Below are positions 24,786 to 36,962 of a DNA stretch of 64,000 bases, piece by piece. Origin of the DNA: the human T2T-CHM13v2.0 reference genome, Homo sapiens. The notes under the pieces were generated by a model, which saw nothing but the letters and a program-made list of their open reading frames with translations, made no database searches and was not told where the DNA came from. The stretch spans positions 33,984,001-34,048,000 of the forward strand of contig CP068257.2 in the NCBI GenBank assembly GCA_009914755.4, given 5' to 3'. The translations under genes were made by a program, and so were the position numbers. Positions within the stretch are counted from its first letter, which is position 1. Each line of letters starts with the position of its first letter.

Positions 24786-27700
24786 TCAGTTTACGAAGCA
24801 AACTACCTCTGGGGAAGCAAGCCAAAAAAGTGTGGATGAAACCCTATATCTACGCAAGCAATCAAGATCCAACTCAAATATCACCTTCTACGTGAACACT
24901 TGCTACTCCTCTTAAGAAGGATTATCATTCCTCCCTCTGTTTATCAATGTATAAATCTCTATTCTTATACACACTTCATTAGATAATAAATCAGTCTCCC
25001 ACACTCAACTGTCAGCTTCTTAAAAACAGAAAACCTTTTTTAATCAACTTTGAATCCCCAGCTCCCAATAGTGTCAAGCATTCAAGAAAGATTTACTGAA
25101 AAAGCAAAGTAAACACGTATTTAAGTGAGGATCTCCTATATAACAAGTGTTGATCATTGTCTCATTAGTAATAATTTTTTTAATCCAATCTATTCCTGCC
25201 CTTAAATACCTTATGCTCTGGTTCTGGGTTCTAAAGGGGAGGGGGCCTGCTTTCCATTTATAACCCTGCCTTCACCCACCTCACTTTGTCAGGAGCATAA
25301 TAGCAACCTGCCTGTATTTTCTCTGGCACAAGTTGCTTATATTCCAAGTCAACACACACAGTCCTAATAATAAAGAACAAGGAATTGTGTCACATCGTCT
25401 CAAAACTTGACTACTCCTAAAGTCCTTTTAAAATTAAAGAAAATGTCCATGAAATTCCAAACCGTTTTCTAACGCAAGAATCTGATTCAAGTAATGCTAA
25501 AGAACAGGCTTGCAACATTTTTTAAAGAAAGGAAAATTTTAAATATAGCATGTGCAAGTCACTATACTAATTTACTTAGGAAACATGTCTAGTAAAGAGT
25601 GGCTTCTAGCATAACTTATACATTTAATATGTCCAGCTATAAATCAAAACCACTCACCACAGAGTTTTTCTATAGACATTGTCCCACTCCCCATTAATTT
25701 TGCTGACCGGAATTTCAGTGGAAGATTAAGCAGTTAATTTTTCAAGTAGTAGCACAAGCTCTCTTTTCTCTTAATGGAAGATGGTGAGAGAAAAGTGTTT
25801 TCCACATTTCTGGCCTATATGTGGAGAAGAAACAGTCTGGTTTTACCAGGTTGCAAAAATAATGCTCCTATTTGGATAGGTTTTCTTTATTTACCATATC
25901 CATCTGTAGAAGTTGAGAATTTTCTTATTCAAGGGAATTATAAAATATATATTTTACATGTATTTTATTTATGGGAATACATAGAAATAAATACATATTT
26001 TATATGTATTTTGTTTATTATGTATTTATATATGGGGAAAATCTGCTATACTAGAGATATGTAAGTCATGCCATCTTAATTGTGAGATATAGTTGTGATT
26101 TGAAATATTATGTTCCATTTTCCCCACAAGAATACTCAGACCTATCACACATTGAGTTTTGGTATTTGCTTTGGATAATAAGGACCCTGTAATGATCACA
26201 CTGTGTCACCCAAAGTGACATACAATAAATGGGTGTTACAACACAACCTTCCTCTTGGGAGTTAGTTCTGTTCTTTAACTCTGATTTTATAAGCAGCCTC
26301 ACTCTACTTTAACTCTTTTAAAAAGCTACTTAACCAGGTATTTCCCACCAGGCAGTCTTAAAGATTATTGTGAGCTTGCCTACAATATAAAATTCTGTGG
26401 TAGTGTTGATAGATATTTCCTAATCCCAATAATCAGCAAGTGCCTCTTAAATACCTTATGCTAAATATTATGTCTTGTATTAATATTAATGCCAATTTTT
26501 CTAAATTGTTTTCCTAAATCATGTGACAAGCATTCCAAAAAGGATGTCTTGCAGAAAGAGAACACAGAAGTACAGCTTACAAAGAAAATAAAGAAATACG
26601 TAGATTCTGCTTTCAATTTATTCAAAATATACTGTTCTTTCCAGTTAAAGAAGAAAATGATTACATATTCCGTTATCTTGAAATAATTAAAAGGTCATCA
26701 ATTTTCTGTCACAGATGTGATATGGTTTAATTACATTCTATAAATGTATTGACCAGGCCATCAGGGGAGGCCGTCTTGCTGAGAGGTTATTATCTTAACA
26801 ACAAAGTGATGTCCATTGAGTGGGCTAGAAGTATGTATATAGAGATTTGTGTACATGTGTGGATTCAAAATGACTGAAAAACTGGGAATGACCGAGTTGG
26901 CTGGAACCAAAGACAGCATGAGATTTACTCATGTTTTCCTAAGATAAAATAAAATATTTATTCATAGAAATACAGAATTTGCTTACATTAATAAATTTTT
27001 CCCTGTGCAAGAACTTTTATCCATATCAGACTAACTATTGAAACTGAGCAAAGAAAATGGCAGACAAAAATGCAATTAAATAGAGCATCTCTCAAAGTAA
27101 TCACATTTTCAATTTCCCCTATTCTATTTTAAAACAGTTAGAAGAAACAAGTCTCCACATGGATTGGAAAGCTAAAGGATTCGTGCTGGTATCACCCAAT
27201 CATGTGTCTCCCCCAGCTAGGAAAGCCCTACATACGAAGTCGCTTGGAAAAAACAGAAATGGTAGCTTCCGCCATGCCTCTACTTACTCCAGGATTCCAT
27301 CCAATAAGCTCTACTGCAAAAAAGACGGTGGACTACAAAGTCCATGCATCCTACGTTAGGCCAGCACCCACAATGGCTGCTCCCTGAAGCTGCACAAATG
27401 CAGGTATATAGTTCCACTTATGTGTTGCAAGCTTCTTCCTCTTGCTTATCTGATCTTATCTGATCCCAGCAGATTCCAGCTTCTGCACACAGCCATAGTG
27501 ATTCCCATAGTCTAGGGTGGCACCCATATTAGAGTATATTTTGAAAGCTCCTAGGGATTATTCTAAAGTGCAATAAAGTTGAAAACCATAGCATTCCATG
27601 CTGCTGACTCCAGCCTTTCCGGAATCCTTATATGCCTCTCCCTAAGTGAGCCCCTCTCCAAGTGTATTTTGTTTGTTCCCTAGTTTGCATATCCTGCTTT

Positions 27701-28477
27701 CTGCAACACCTTTCAAGGCTGAGACTGATCTTTAAATCACTACAAACTTAGCCCAGCCTTTTGCAGACCGTCAATATCCTGATAAATAAATAAACGGGTA
27801 AGATGTTGAATAAATGGCTCCACATTACTAGTCTTCTGTTTTCTATTCAGAAAAGTGAATATATTCTCCTCCTACCCACAAAGATATTGGAAAAGTAAAT
27901 TGCGTTTAAGGAACGCATTTTTTCAAACAAATGTATGCCATATAGAGCAATAGTATTGTTAACTTCTAAGAAGGTATGTTCACTTTCATGTGATCGAATA
28001 GGAAAGCTGCAGATAGGATGTTTAGTAAAAACTTTTATCAATTTACTCATTCAAGCCTCTCTCATGAACTCATTCCTTTTCAATGTATGGCTTTCAGCCA
28101 TCATCCTGGAAGTAACTTCTATAAAGTAGAATTGGCTGTAGCGATTTTGAATTCCTCTCACAGAGACAGATAAATGATGAGCTAAATTTCATTTCACTTA
28201 TGAATGAGACTGGAACGTGAAGATGTGTACCCAGAGGGTCACATAAAAGATTATGTGAGAAGTCAGTCCTGCTCCTAGATCCTGAGCTGGATCAAACTCT
28301 AAAGAGCAAAACAAAATCAGAAGGCACTGTTGATACTAACTCAGCAGCCAAGTCTTGAAGACGCAAAACCCAGACTGCCCCAAAAGAGAGAATACTGTAT
28401 ACCGTGCTTGAAGGGTACTCTGGCTAACCATGCTATTGCCATTGGGATATGGAAAATAGCAGTATTCCCTTCCAATT

Positions 28478-28975
28478 GCAGCTGTAACAAATGACCACAA
28501 ATTTAGTGGCAAAAAAAAAAAAAAAACCCAGAACATAAACATCCCAGAGATTAATTCCCTTACAGTCCTAGAGATCAGAAGCCCAATGTAAGTCTCAGGT
28601 AGCTCACATTGAGATGTCAGCAGAGCTGCCTCTTTCTGAAAGATCCAGGGGAGAATTCGTTCCTTGCTTCTGCCAGCAACTGAGGGCAGCAGGCAGTCCT
28701 GAGCTCCTGGCCACATGGCTCCAATCTCTGCCTCCATGGTCACACGGCCTTCTCCTCTCTTGTAGTCAAGTCTTCCTTTGCCTCCCCCTTGTAAGGACCT
28801 TTAGGATTGCATTCAGGGCCCGCCCCGATAATCCAGGATAATTTCTCCTTCTCAAGATCCTTAGCTTAATCACATCTGCAAAATCCCAAGTCCCTATTGC
28901 CATGCAAGGTAATATACATGGGTTCTCGAGATTAGGTATAGACATCTTTGACGGCCATTATTCAGCCAATTACAG
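28478..28975 (+). mobile_element. MaLR LTR, MLT1 family
   Basis: 5' 'gctgtaacaaatgaccacaaatttagtggc..cagtcctagagatcagaagcccaatgtaagtctcaggtagctcacattgagatgtcagcagagctgcctctttctgaaagatccaggggagaattcgttccttgcttctgccagc' and 3' '..cttgtaaggacctttaggattgcattcagggcccgccccgataatccaggataatttctccttctcaagatccttagcttaatcacatctgcaaaatccc...ccattattcagcc' match the MLT1 consensus. The consensus 5' is 'ctgtaacaaattaccacaaacttagtggcttaaaacaac...ttctggaggtcagaagtccaaaatgggtctcactgggctaaaatcaaggtgtcagcagggctg...gagaatccgtttccttgcctttt'. The consensus 3' is '..cttataaggacccttgtgattacattgggcccacccggataatccaggataatctccccatctcaagatccttaacttaatcacatctgcaaagtccc..ccattattcagcc'. A 17-nt poly-A (28510-28526) replaces part of the 5' region. 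Confidence 0.8.
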
Positions 28976-29507
28976 ACACATCATCAGATAAAAATAAGGT
29001 GTGCCAAAAATAACTATAATACAAGGCTGCAAGTAAAGATGTTCTAAGAGAAGTACAGATGGAACCACGTGGAAGTGAGAGAGAGGATGAGTCTTTCCCA
29101 CCAAGAAGGGTCAGGGAAAGCTCTGAGGGCTACAGGACATCATCTGGTTTTGAGAGACTGGAAGAATTCAGAAAGATTAAAACTCAAAACATTAAGTAAA
29201 AAAATCGATAGTCAATACTCACCCCTCCCATGAGGCACACACATCCAAAATAAAACAAAACAGCTTTTTAAAAAAGAATGATGTTGGGAGAATTGTGGAC
29301 TTGTCAGCCAGTAACCAACGGTAAAAATTGATAGTAAGTAAGATGCTCTAATTCTGGAATCAACAGAACAAAATAATCAAGAAATAAGGTATCTTATAAA
29401 TAAAAAATAAATATAATGGATGGTTTTTATTTTATTTTTAAGAAATATTTCAAACGAATGAAAAAGGGGTAAACCATTTCATAAACAGCCTTGGAGTGGG
29501 CAACTGA

Positions 29508-29510
<3 letters not shown>

Positions 29511-29549
<39 letters not shown>

Positions 29550-29846
29550 CGTGTGTGTGTATACATATACACACACATACGCATATGTATGTATATATAC
29601 ACATACATATATATACACATACATATATATGTATATATACACATATATGTATGTGTATATATGTATATATACGTGTGTATACATATATGTATATGTGTGT
29701 ATACATATATGTATGTGTGTACATATATGTATATATATGTGTGTGTACACATATGTATATATGTGTGTATATACATATATGTATATATGTGTGTATATAT
29801 ACACACACATACACACACACACATATATGCACACATACATATATTT
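29511..29846. repeat. long compound microsatellite: (GT)~17 followed by ~290 bp of interleaved (GT)/(TA)/(CA)/(CATA)/(TGTA) tracts
   Basis: direct read 'gtgtgtgtgt...gtgtatatgcgtgtgtgtgtatacatatacacacacatacgcatatgtatgtatatatacacatacatatatatacacat...acacacacatacacacacacacatatatgcacacatacatatat', almost perfectly alternating purine/pyrimidine throughout. Confidence 0.95.
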
Positions 29847-31751
29847 AGATTAGAATCAATCAACAAAATAAGTTCCAAGGGAATTTAAAAATTAAATGTG
29901 AAACATCAACATATAAGAAATCAAGAAAAAATAGATATGTTTACCATCACTGGAGGAGGTACAATTTATTAAACTTAGAATAAAAACATTAACATATTTA
30001 ACTGTGTTATAAATGTAAGCTTCTGTTCTTCCAAAAATAAATAGAAGCAAATTAAAAGGCATTTTATTTGGGGGGAAATAGAGGAGATATTACATAGACA
30101 AAGTACTAATATTCTTAAAAAGCTTAATCAGACTGAGTTTTAAAATACTGAAGCCTCAATAGATAAACTGGCAAAGGATGTGAATAGGCAATTTCCAAAA
30201 AGGAAACTCTAAACAATCAGCAAATGTGTGGAAAACACTTTCCTTCACCAGCAATCAAAGAATGACACATTAAAATAAAAATGAAGTAACATTTGACCTC
30301 TATCAAATTAACCAGATATTTTTTTAGAAAGATCATGATCACCACCACTGCTGAGGGCACTGTGAAAGGGTACTCTACAATATTGCTAATATTTTGATAT
30401 AATCCTTTTGGAAAGCAATTTGGCAAAGAGCCTTACGATGTTTATTTTCTCCAATGCAGTACTTACACTTTTGAGAATGGAGCCCAAAATAATCCTGACT
30501 ATTGAGAGGCATTATTTTTAATAGCAAAAAAATTCAGAAGTAATCTAAATCCCAGACAAAAAAGTAATAGCTACACAAATCCCATATGTTCACTCCATTG
30601 GTTATTATTTAACTTTTTAAAAATTATATTTAGAAAGAATGTGCAAATATGGAAAATATATGTCAATGTTAAAAAGCAAGAAAAAATATTGTATTCATAA
30701 TATTTCTACTTAGATTTTTTGTAAAATAAATATTAGAAGCACATATAAGAAAATACTGTGTTATGTCTGTCTCTAGATAGTGAAACCATGAATGATTATA
30801 TAAATGTTACATATGCTTTTTAAATTCTCATTTTTTAATTCAAAGGCTTTCTTATCCTTTTGTTGTCATTGTCAAATGCTTACAGTATGTCACATAAAGC
30901 TTTATCTAAAACTAAATTTTTTAAATGACCAAAATTAAAGTTTTTCCTTCCATAAGATGTTCAAGAAATAATTTTTTATTTCTTTTTTGTAAATAATAAC
31001 TGGGTTTTGTATTTACTTTTTTGTTGCTGGTATCTAATAATGCAAGAATTATAGATTTGAGATTTCTCTCAAGAGAAAATCCAGACCTCTTTCCTTCTAA
31101 GAAAATTGTTATCTGCTACAGCATTTTAAATCTGCATTGATTATATCACAGCCATCATAAAGTGTTGCTACTTGCTCATAATAGCCCCCATAAACTTTAA
31201 GTTTCAAATAAGAAATGATGTGGTTTTGTAAAAAATCTAATCATGCTTTTTGGCAGATGTGTATCTCGAGATAAATGCTAAGTTGATTTCACGATTTTTA
31301 AAACACTCCCCAATATTAATATCATCTATGAGTATAATCTTATTAGCAATTAGCTTTTAAACTGTTTGTTCTTTGAAGGTAACATTTGCAAATCATTTGA
31401 AGAAATTCATCAAATGACTCCCCACTGTTGGATTTGGCAAAAATGGAGTTTAAAGTTGAGGGAAGGGGCAAGGAATGCAGGATCTAGGGATCTCGCCAAT
31501 TTGGGAACCAAAAACCAAAAGAGAAATTCAAGAAGGAGGTGCCAAGGCATATCCTGAGTCCTGGATCCTGAATCAGGGAGCCAGTTGGTGTTGAGAACCC
31601 AATGGAGCATTCTGTCCTGGAAACCAGACATGGAATACAGCTGAGAATGAGGTTTGCTTGGGGGATTTTAAGAAAAGGAATGCACTTTTGTTCCCTGGTG
31701 ATGTCCAGTCCTGCACCCTCTCCCTTCTGCTGGGCAAGAGCCACCCCGATT

Positions 31752-32349
31752 GTATCTTCTAAAAGAGTGCTGTGCAGCGAAACTTTCCATCATGGTGGGA
31801 ATGATCTATATCTGTGCTGTCCAATGAGGAGCCCCGAGCCACCTGTGGCTCAACTTGGAACATGGCTTGTGCAACTGAGAAACTGAATTGAAGGCCGTCT
31901 TGGCCACTGAAGGAGCCCCATTCCCACAGAGCAGGAAGGCTGCCCTGGTCAAACATGATATTGCCTTTAGGATGCAGGGGAGCCTTTGAATAGCTTCTTT
32001 CAGTTCTCTTGCCTGGTTTCTAGCTGTGCTGGATCGGGGGGAGGCTGTGGCCTCCTGATCACTATGACATCCTAAAAACATTACCAGGCTTTACCTCACC
32101 ACAAACACCTCAACATTCTAGAAGAGCAATGACCACCAGTGCTGGAACCAATAGCCATATGTAGCTATTTAACTTTAAATTTAAATAAATTAAATTTAAA
32201 TAAAATTAAAAATTCAATTTCTCAGTTGCACAAGCCATATTTCAAGTTGAGCCACAGGTGGCTCGGGGCTCCGCATTGGACAGCACAGATACAGACCATT
32301 TCCGCCATAATGGAATGTTTCCCTGCACAGCACTCTTGTAGAAGGTACC
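31752..32349. mobile_element. palindromic (inverted-repeat) element: two ~135-bp arms in opposite orientation around a ~325-bp spacer; likely a non-autonomous DNA-transposon-like or MITE-like relic
   Basis: Arm 1 (31752-31888) is 'tgtatcttctaaaagagtgctgtgcagcgaaactttccatcatggtgggaatgatctatatctgtgctgtccaatgaggagccccgagccacctgtggctcaacttggaacatggcttgtgcaactgagaaactgaattg'. Arm 2 (32214-32349), reverse-complemented, is 'gtaccttctacaagagtgctgtgcagggaaacattccattatggcggaaatggtctgtatctgtgctgtccaatgcggagccccgagccacctgtggctcaacttgaaatatggcttgtgcaactgagaaattg', ~88% identical. The track ORFs 31602..31886(+) and 32214..32459(-) give near-identical peptides ('...CCPMRSPEPPVAQL..WLVQLRN'), confirming the inversion. 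An AT-rich tract 'aactttaaatttaaataaattaaatttaaataaaattaaaaattc' abuts arm 2. The arms resemble a palindromic human repeat family I recall as 'ctgtccaatatggtagccactagccacatgtggct...tgaaatgtggctagtgcgactgaggaactgaatt'. Confidence 0.75.
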
Positions 32350-33883
32350 TGGTCTGGCAGATGCTGAGTGGGCCTAGTTTTCTCCTTTTCTAAGACACAG
32401 AAACATAGAGGGTCTGACTTAAAGAACCCCCACGGAAGAGGCCTAAGTGCTGTTAGCACTTAATTAATTAATTAAAATTTGCCTTCAGCCTCCTGTAAGA
32501 CAGACCCCCTGACTGTGGTCAGCAGTCGCACGCAGACTTTGTCATTTTGCTTACTGACCACACATTCTCATGGATCAATTCTAAATTGGATTATTGTTAG
32601 TTTTAAAAGCGCCTGAGCAGCAGAAAGCAGCCACGATGGCAGGCCAAGGGGAGATTGATAGCAGAATAAACAGGGAAAGTGACAAGATCCGAGGCTGAAT
32701 TGATCACTGTCAGCGCGTCCGTGGTCAGCTGTCTGCCCTTTAGTGCCCAAAGTAAACATCAGAATAATGTTTAGACAAACACATTTGATTTTTGAGGTAA
32801 TGGGTATGTCAACTAATGACAAACCTTAGAAAGGTCAAAGGGATATCCATTTTTCAGACTTTTTCAACCATTAATCGTTGATTTTGGTAGCAGTGCACTT
32901 CTAGGCAGAGCATAGAGGGAACTCTGGCGTGGGTGGGGACCAGGACAAACCTCCCTAGGATTCACCTGACCACCAACATTTTCCTCTATAATAAAATTTT
33001 GTTGGAAGCAGAGAGTTCATTCTTTAAAAATGGAAGCTTCACTGGATGCAGAATTTCAGTTGTCTAAAGAAAATCTGCAACAATCTTCTCAATCCTTCAA
33101 AGGGACATGGTCCATTAGCACCCACTAGAATTACATGGACCTTGCCTGTTACCAAAAACAAAACAAAGCATGGAAAATTGCTTTATCAGCAGCAGTTTAC
33201 CATTGAGGAACTTATGCTACTGTTCCAAAAATAAGATATCGTTGGTGAATCACGGGTACCCAAAATTACAATTTGGGTACAATTTATCATTGGCGGGGTC
33301 ATTTTTAATGCGATTTTTTTTTCTTTACACTACCATCCATTAACTGTGACTTGGGAGGCCAATCAGGATTGATGGCAACTATACTGAGAGCTCCAAAATT
33401 AACATGGTTTTTCTGATCGTGTAAGGCATTTTTCTTTTGCCCGCAGAGATGTGGCAGATGAAACCAGACGGGAATGGAATGTGGTCTAGAAATCGGCTTG
33501 CCTCTAGAAGGAGCTGAGTAGTACAACTCTGCTTCCCACAGAATATCATGGTGTGCGGGCATTTGCTTTGTTCATATCATAATCAATCAATCTGTTTAAA
33601 TAATGCCACTTACCAAAATGCTGGGACTCTCTAAAGTTCCTCAAGCACAGAAATGCACCCTGGAAGTCAGAGAAATGTGAAGAATGTATTTGGGTTGTAC
33701 CTATAAAACATGTGTAGCATGTACACCCCTCAGAGAAAATAGCATGATGGGAGAGAAAGCACAAAAACATATGGACGGCTGTTTCCTTAGCTGTGTACAA
33801 TCCCAGCAAACTTACTGCGGAAGGTGGGTACGTAGGAAATAAGTGTACATTTGAATACATTTGCAGGGTGGGTGGTGTCGGCT

Positions 33884-34245
33884 CAGGCTGCCATAACAAA
33901 ACACCCTAGACTGCATGGCGTAAACAACAGACAGTTATTTTCTCAGTTTTGGAGGCTGGAAGTCCAAGATTGAGGTGCCAGCATTGCTGAGTTTGAGTTC
34001 TAGTGAGGGCTGTCTTCCTAGCTTGTAAACAGATATTTACTTGACATAGGGGAAAGGAGAGAGTGAGATCTCTCTAAAGTCTCCTCTTCTAAAGGCACTA
34101 ATTCCATCATGAAGCCCCCACCTTCATGACCTCAATCTAAACCTTTGACTTTCCAAAGACCCCATCTCCAAATACCATCACATTGGGAGTCAGGTCTTCA
34201 GCACATGAATTGACAGTCAGAGGGACACAGTTCGGCCCATATTGG
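33884..34245 (+). mobile_element. MaLR LTR, MLT1 family
   Basis: 'ggctgccataacaaaacaccctagactgcatggcgtaaacaacagacagttattttctcagttttggaggctggaagtccaagattgaggtgccagcattgctg...cccccaccttcatgacctcaatctaaacc...ccatctccaaataccatcacattgggagtcaggtcttcagcacatgaattgacagtcagagggacacagttcggcccatat' matches MLT1 'ggctgccataacaaaataccacagactgggtggcttaaacaacagaaatttattttctcacagttctggaggctggaagtccaagatcaaggtgccagcagg...ccaccctcatgacctaatcac..ccacctcctaataccatcacattggggattaggtttcaacatatgaattttggggggacacaaacattcagtccata'. Confidence 0.8.
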
Positions 34246-34617
34246 GAGGCACGTGGTTATCAGTTTTTGGAGGTGGTTGTTACTGATGTTCACCAATTTC
34301 CAGTTCTTGTCTATTTCTGGTGAAGTGCTGGTTACATGTCTTCACTCCCTTGAAATTCAGCTTGGCTATGTGATTAGTCATGGTTCATGAAATATGAGGT
34401 GTGTCACTTTTGGCATTTCATGACTGTTACTCAGCTCTCCTCCCATGTCTTCCCCTGTTAGCAAGCCCCAAAGCCCCTTGGGGAGGTCATGATGTCATAA
34501 AATGACAATCTAGTTACTATTGCTTCAAAAGAACTAAATGGCGTAAAATAATCATTGACTTATGCTCATGGAAGATGGGGATCTGTAGATAAATCAGGGT
34601 CTGTGAGTTCTGAGTCA

Positions 34618-35030
34618 GCAGTAGAATATGCTGCAATTAAAAACTTGATGTAAGAATATTATTTGGCCAAAAAGAAAAGGAAGGTGTACTGATCCATGCC
34701 ACAGCATGGATGAATGTTGAGAACATTATGCTAAGTGAAAGAAGACAGGCCCAGAAGGTCACATATTGTATGATTCTGTTTATATGAAATAACCAGAATA
34801 GACAAACCTATAGAGACAGAAAACAGATTAGGGATTGCCAGAAGATGGAGGGATGGGGAACAGGAAATGATTGATTAAAAAATATGGGGTTTCTGTTTGG
34901 GATGATGAAAAAGTTCTGGAACTACATAGTGGTGATTATTCCACATTATACATGGACTTAATGTTACTGAATTTTATATGCTACAATGGTTAAAATGGTA
35001 AATTTTACCTCAAAAATAAAACTAATACGA
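34618..35030 (+). mobile_element. L1M-type 3'-terminal fragment (end of ORF2 + 3' UTR)
   Basis: 'tgccacagcatggatgaatgttgagaacattatgctaagtgaaagaagacaggcccagaaggtcacatattgtatgattctgtttatatgaaataaccagaatagacaaacctatagagacagaaaacagattagggattgccagaagatggagggatgggg...ggggtttctgtttgggatgatgaaaaagttctggaactacatagtggtgattattccacattatacatggacttaatgttactgaattttatatgctacaatggttaaaatggtaaattttacctcaa' matches the L1M consensus 'tgctacaacatggatgaaccttgaaaacattatgctaagtgaaagaagccagtcacaaaaggacaaatattgtatgattccacttatatgagg...atagagacagaaagtagaatggtggttgccaggggctggggg...gttctggagatggatggtggtgatggttgcacaacaatgtgaatgtacttaatgccactgaactgtacacttaaaaatggttaagatggtaaattttatgttatgt'. Confidence 0.85.
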
Positions 35031-36932
35031 TATCCAAACATATTACAGAAAAATAGCATACAAAATCAAAGAACTAACTTCCTCCTTACACTCAGAATTT
35101 AAGGCCCTTACTGGATTACTGGGTGGAGTGTGGATCTGTCATATTAAAAATGACTGACTGAGAAATTAAAGAGCAATAGAAATAATAAGAAGCCTAGAAA
35201 GAGATGCTGTGCCAAAAAGTGACTAGATGTAGAGTGATTAACACTGGACAAGATGCAGCAATAATATTCAAGGATAGGAGGGTTTATCTAAGATTGTTTG
35301 ACCTACCCATAGAGGTTCTATTAGGATAATGACAAAATAGTGTTTCTGCATAATTCCCTACCATAATTCATTTAGGCAAAAAAGTCCTATCCCAGAACCA
35401 CTGGGGTGCTTAATGCCAACTTTTAATAAACTTGGTAGATAGAAATCCATTTTCATTATCTTCCCAAATTTCAATGTGTGGTGAAATTTGAATCTTTGTG
35501 CAATATCTTCCCCACAAATAGGGAAAGCTGACGGTTTTGCCATTTAGAAGACAGAGCATGAATTGGTGCCTATCGGAGAAGGAAGGTAAAAGATGCCTTT
35601 ATCTAAGTAGATGGCTTATGTTATGATGATGTCCATTCCAGTTACTATTACTGCAAAAAAAACTGAACGGCATAAAATAACCATTGACTTATGCTCACAG
35701 AAAACAGGGACCTACTATGGCAGGTTGTCAGCCAGAACCAATGAGCAGAGTGGCAGCTGCGACCTGAGAGGTAATTCTCTGAATGAGAAAAGCCCTTTAT
35801 TTGGGAGGAAAACTACATTGATAAGGTCAACTAACAAGCTACAGCCAGAATGCATAGCTAAGATGACCCAGAGAGTAAGGGAAAGGCCCAGACAGGTACA
35901 GTCAGGCTCACTTCCTAGTTAAAGTTGATATTTAGCATCCTAAGAATGTATTTTGTTTAGGTGTTTCTAAGGTAGTCATTTTGAAATTCGTAGACTAGCA
36001 GGCAGTAATAATTTCATAAACCAAACTGCCCAAATCCAATGATGAATATCTCATGCACAGTGGCAGCATCTCGGAGTGAGGGCAGACTTGGAGGAAGGAC
36101 TGGAAAAATTCCATCTGGACCACTAGCCTTAAGCATAAAAATATAATAAATGATTCGGAAATGACTTTCACAGATAGACACATGTTGCCCTATGAGCGTC
36201 TTCAGGAATCTTCTTCAGAGAGGGCTTATTGTACACCATGGGTTAGAATTGCAAATCAGCATCTAAAGAGGGAGAAAGGGGTAAATTTAAAAAGCAGATT
36301 TCCACAGAGAGACACAAAGGAAGTCAAACAACAGGGAGAAAGAAACAAAAATGGGAAGTGAGAAAGTGGGATCAAAGGAGATGAAAACGAGAAAGATGCC
36401 AAGAGAGAAAGACTCACTTCATCCTTTGAAATGTTCTGCTGCCCAATGGAGTAATGGGAGATTCTGTCATAGGTGGACGCCTAAGAGGAAAGGAGGGAGG
36501 ACGTGGTTGCCTTTTCATTTTGTCCTGCCCCTTGGCTTGTTCTTTCTGATCCAACACAGCGGAGTCTGCTTGTTCATTGGCCAAATGTCAACAAGTCACC
36601 ATAAAGGGCTGCCAAGGAAAATGACCAGGAACACACAGCATGCCTGAGTCACTCATCTAATCTGCCCCATTGATATAAATTGCACAAAAGGACACTCTGT
36701 CATCATGAAAGGAGAAAGATGTGTACTTGGATTATCTTGAGCTTGACCCACTTACCAAGGACTTGGGAAACCAGGAGACCAGCCAAGTCTCCATCTCCCC
36801 CAGCCCCAGGGTGTATCATTTATACCTCCATCCACTCACCTATATCTGAATGCCCAAATATTCTGCAAACCTTTATAAATAATAGAACTGTGTGGAATGC
36901 AGTTTATACTCTCAAGAAGAGAGGAGGTATTT

Positions 36933-36962
36933 TTGTTGTTGTTGTTGTTGTTTGTTTGTTTG
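36933..36962. repeat. (TTG)n/(TTTG)n simple repeat
   Basis: direct read 'ttgttgttgttgttgttgtttgtttgtttg'. Confidence 0.9.

Noticed and set aside
25880-26060. AT-rich low-complexity tract with loosely repeated 'tacatgtattttatttatggg / tacatattttatatgtattttgtttattatgtatttatatatgggg'
   Set aside because: Imperfect, low-complexity AT-rich sequence. No clear period, and nothing more than simple sequence bias.
29511-29846. Possible CRISPR-like or other short-period array, from the regularly spaced short repeats
   Set aside because: Periodicity is 2-4 bp (microsatellite), not 28-37-bp repeats with unique spacers. The genome is eukaryotic. No CRISPR array exists anywhere in the window.
29450-29888. 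Cluster of overlapping 110-142-aa ORFs on both strands ('CVCVCVCV', 'YIYIYTHTHTH')
   Set aside because: Pure translation of the 335-bp GT/TA/CA compound microsatellite in all frames.
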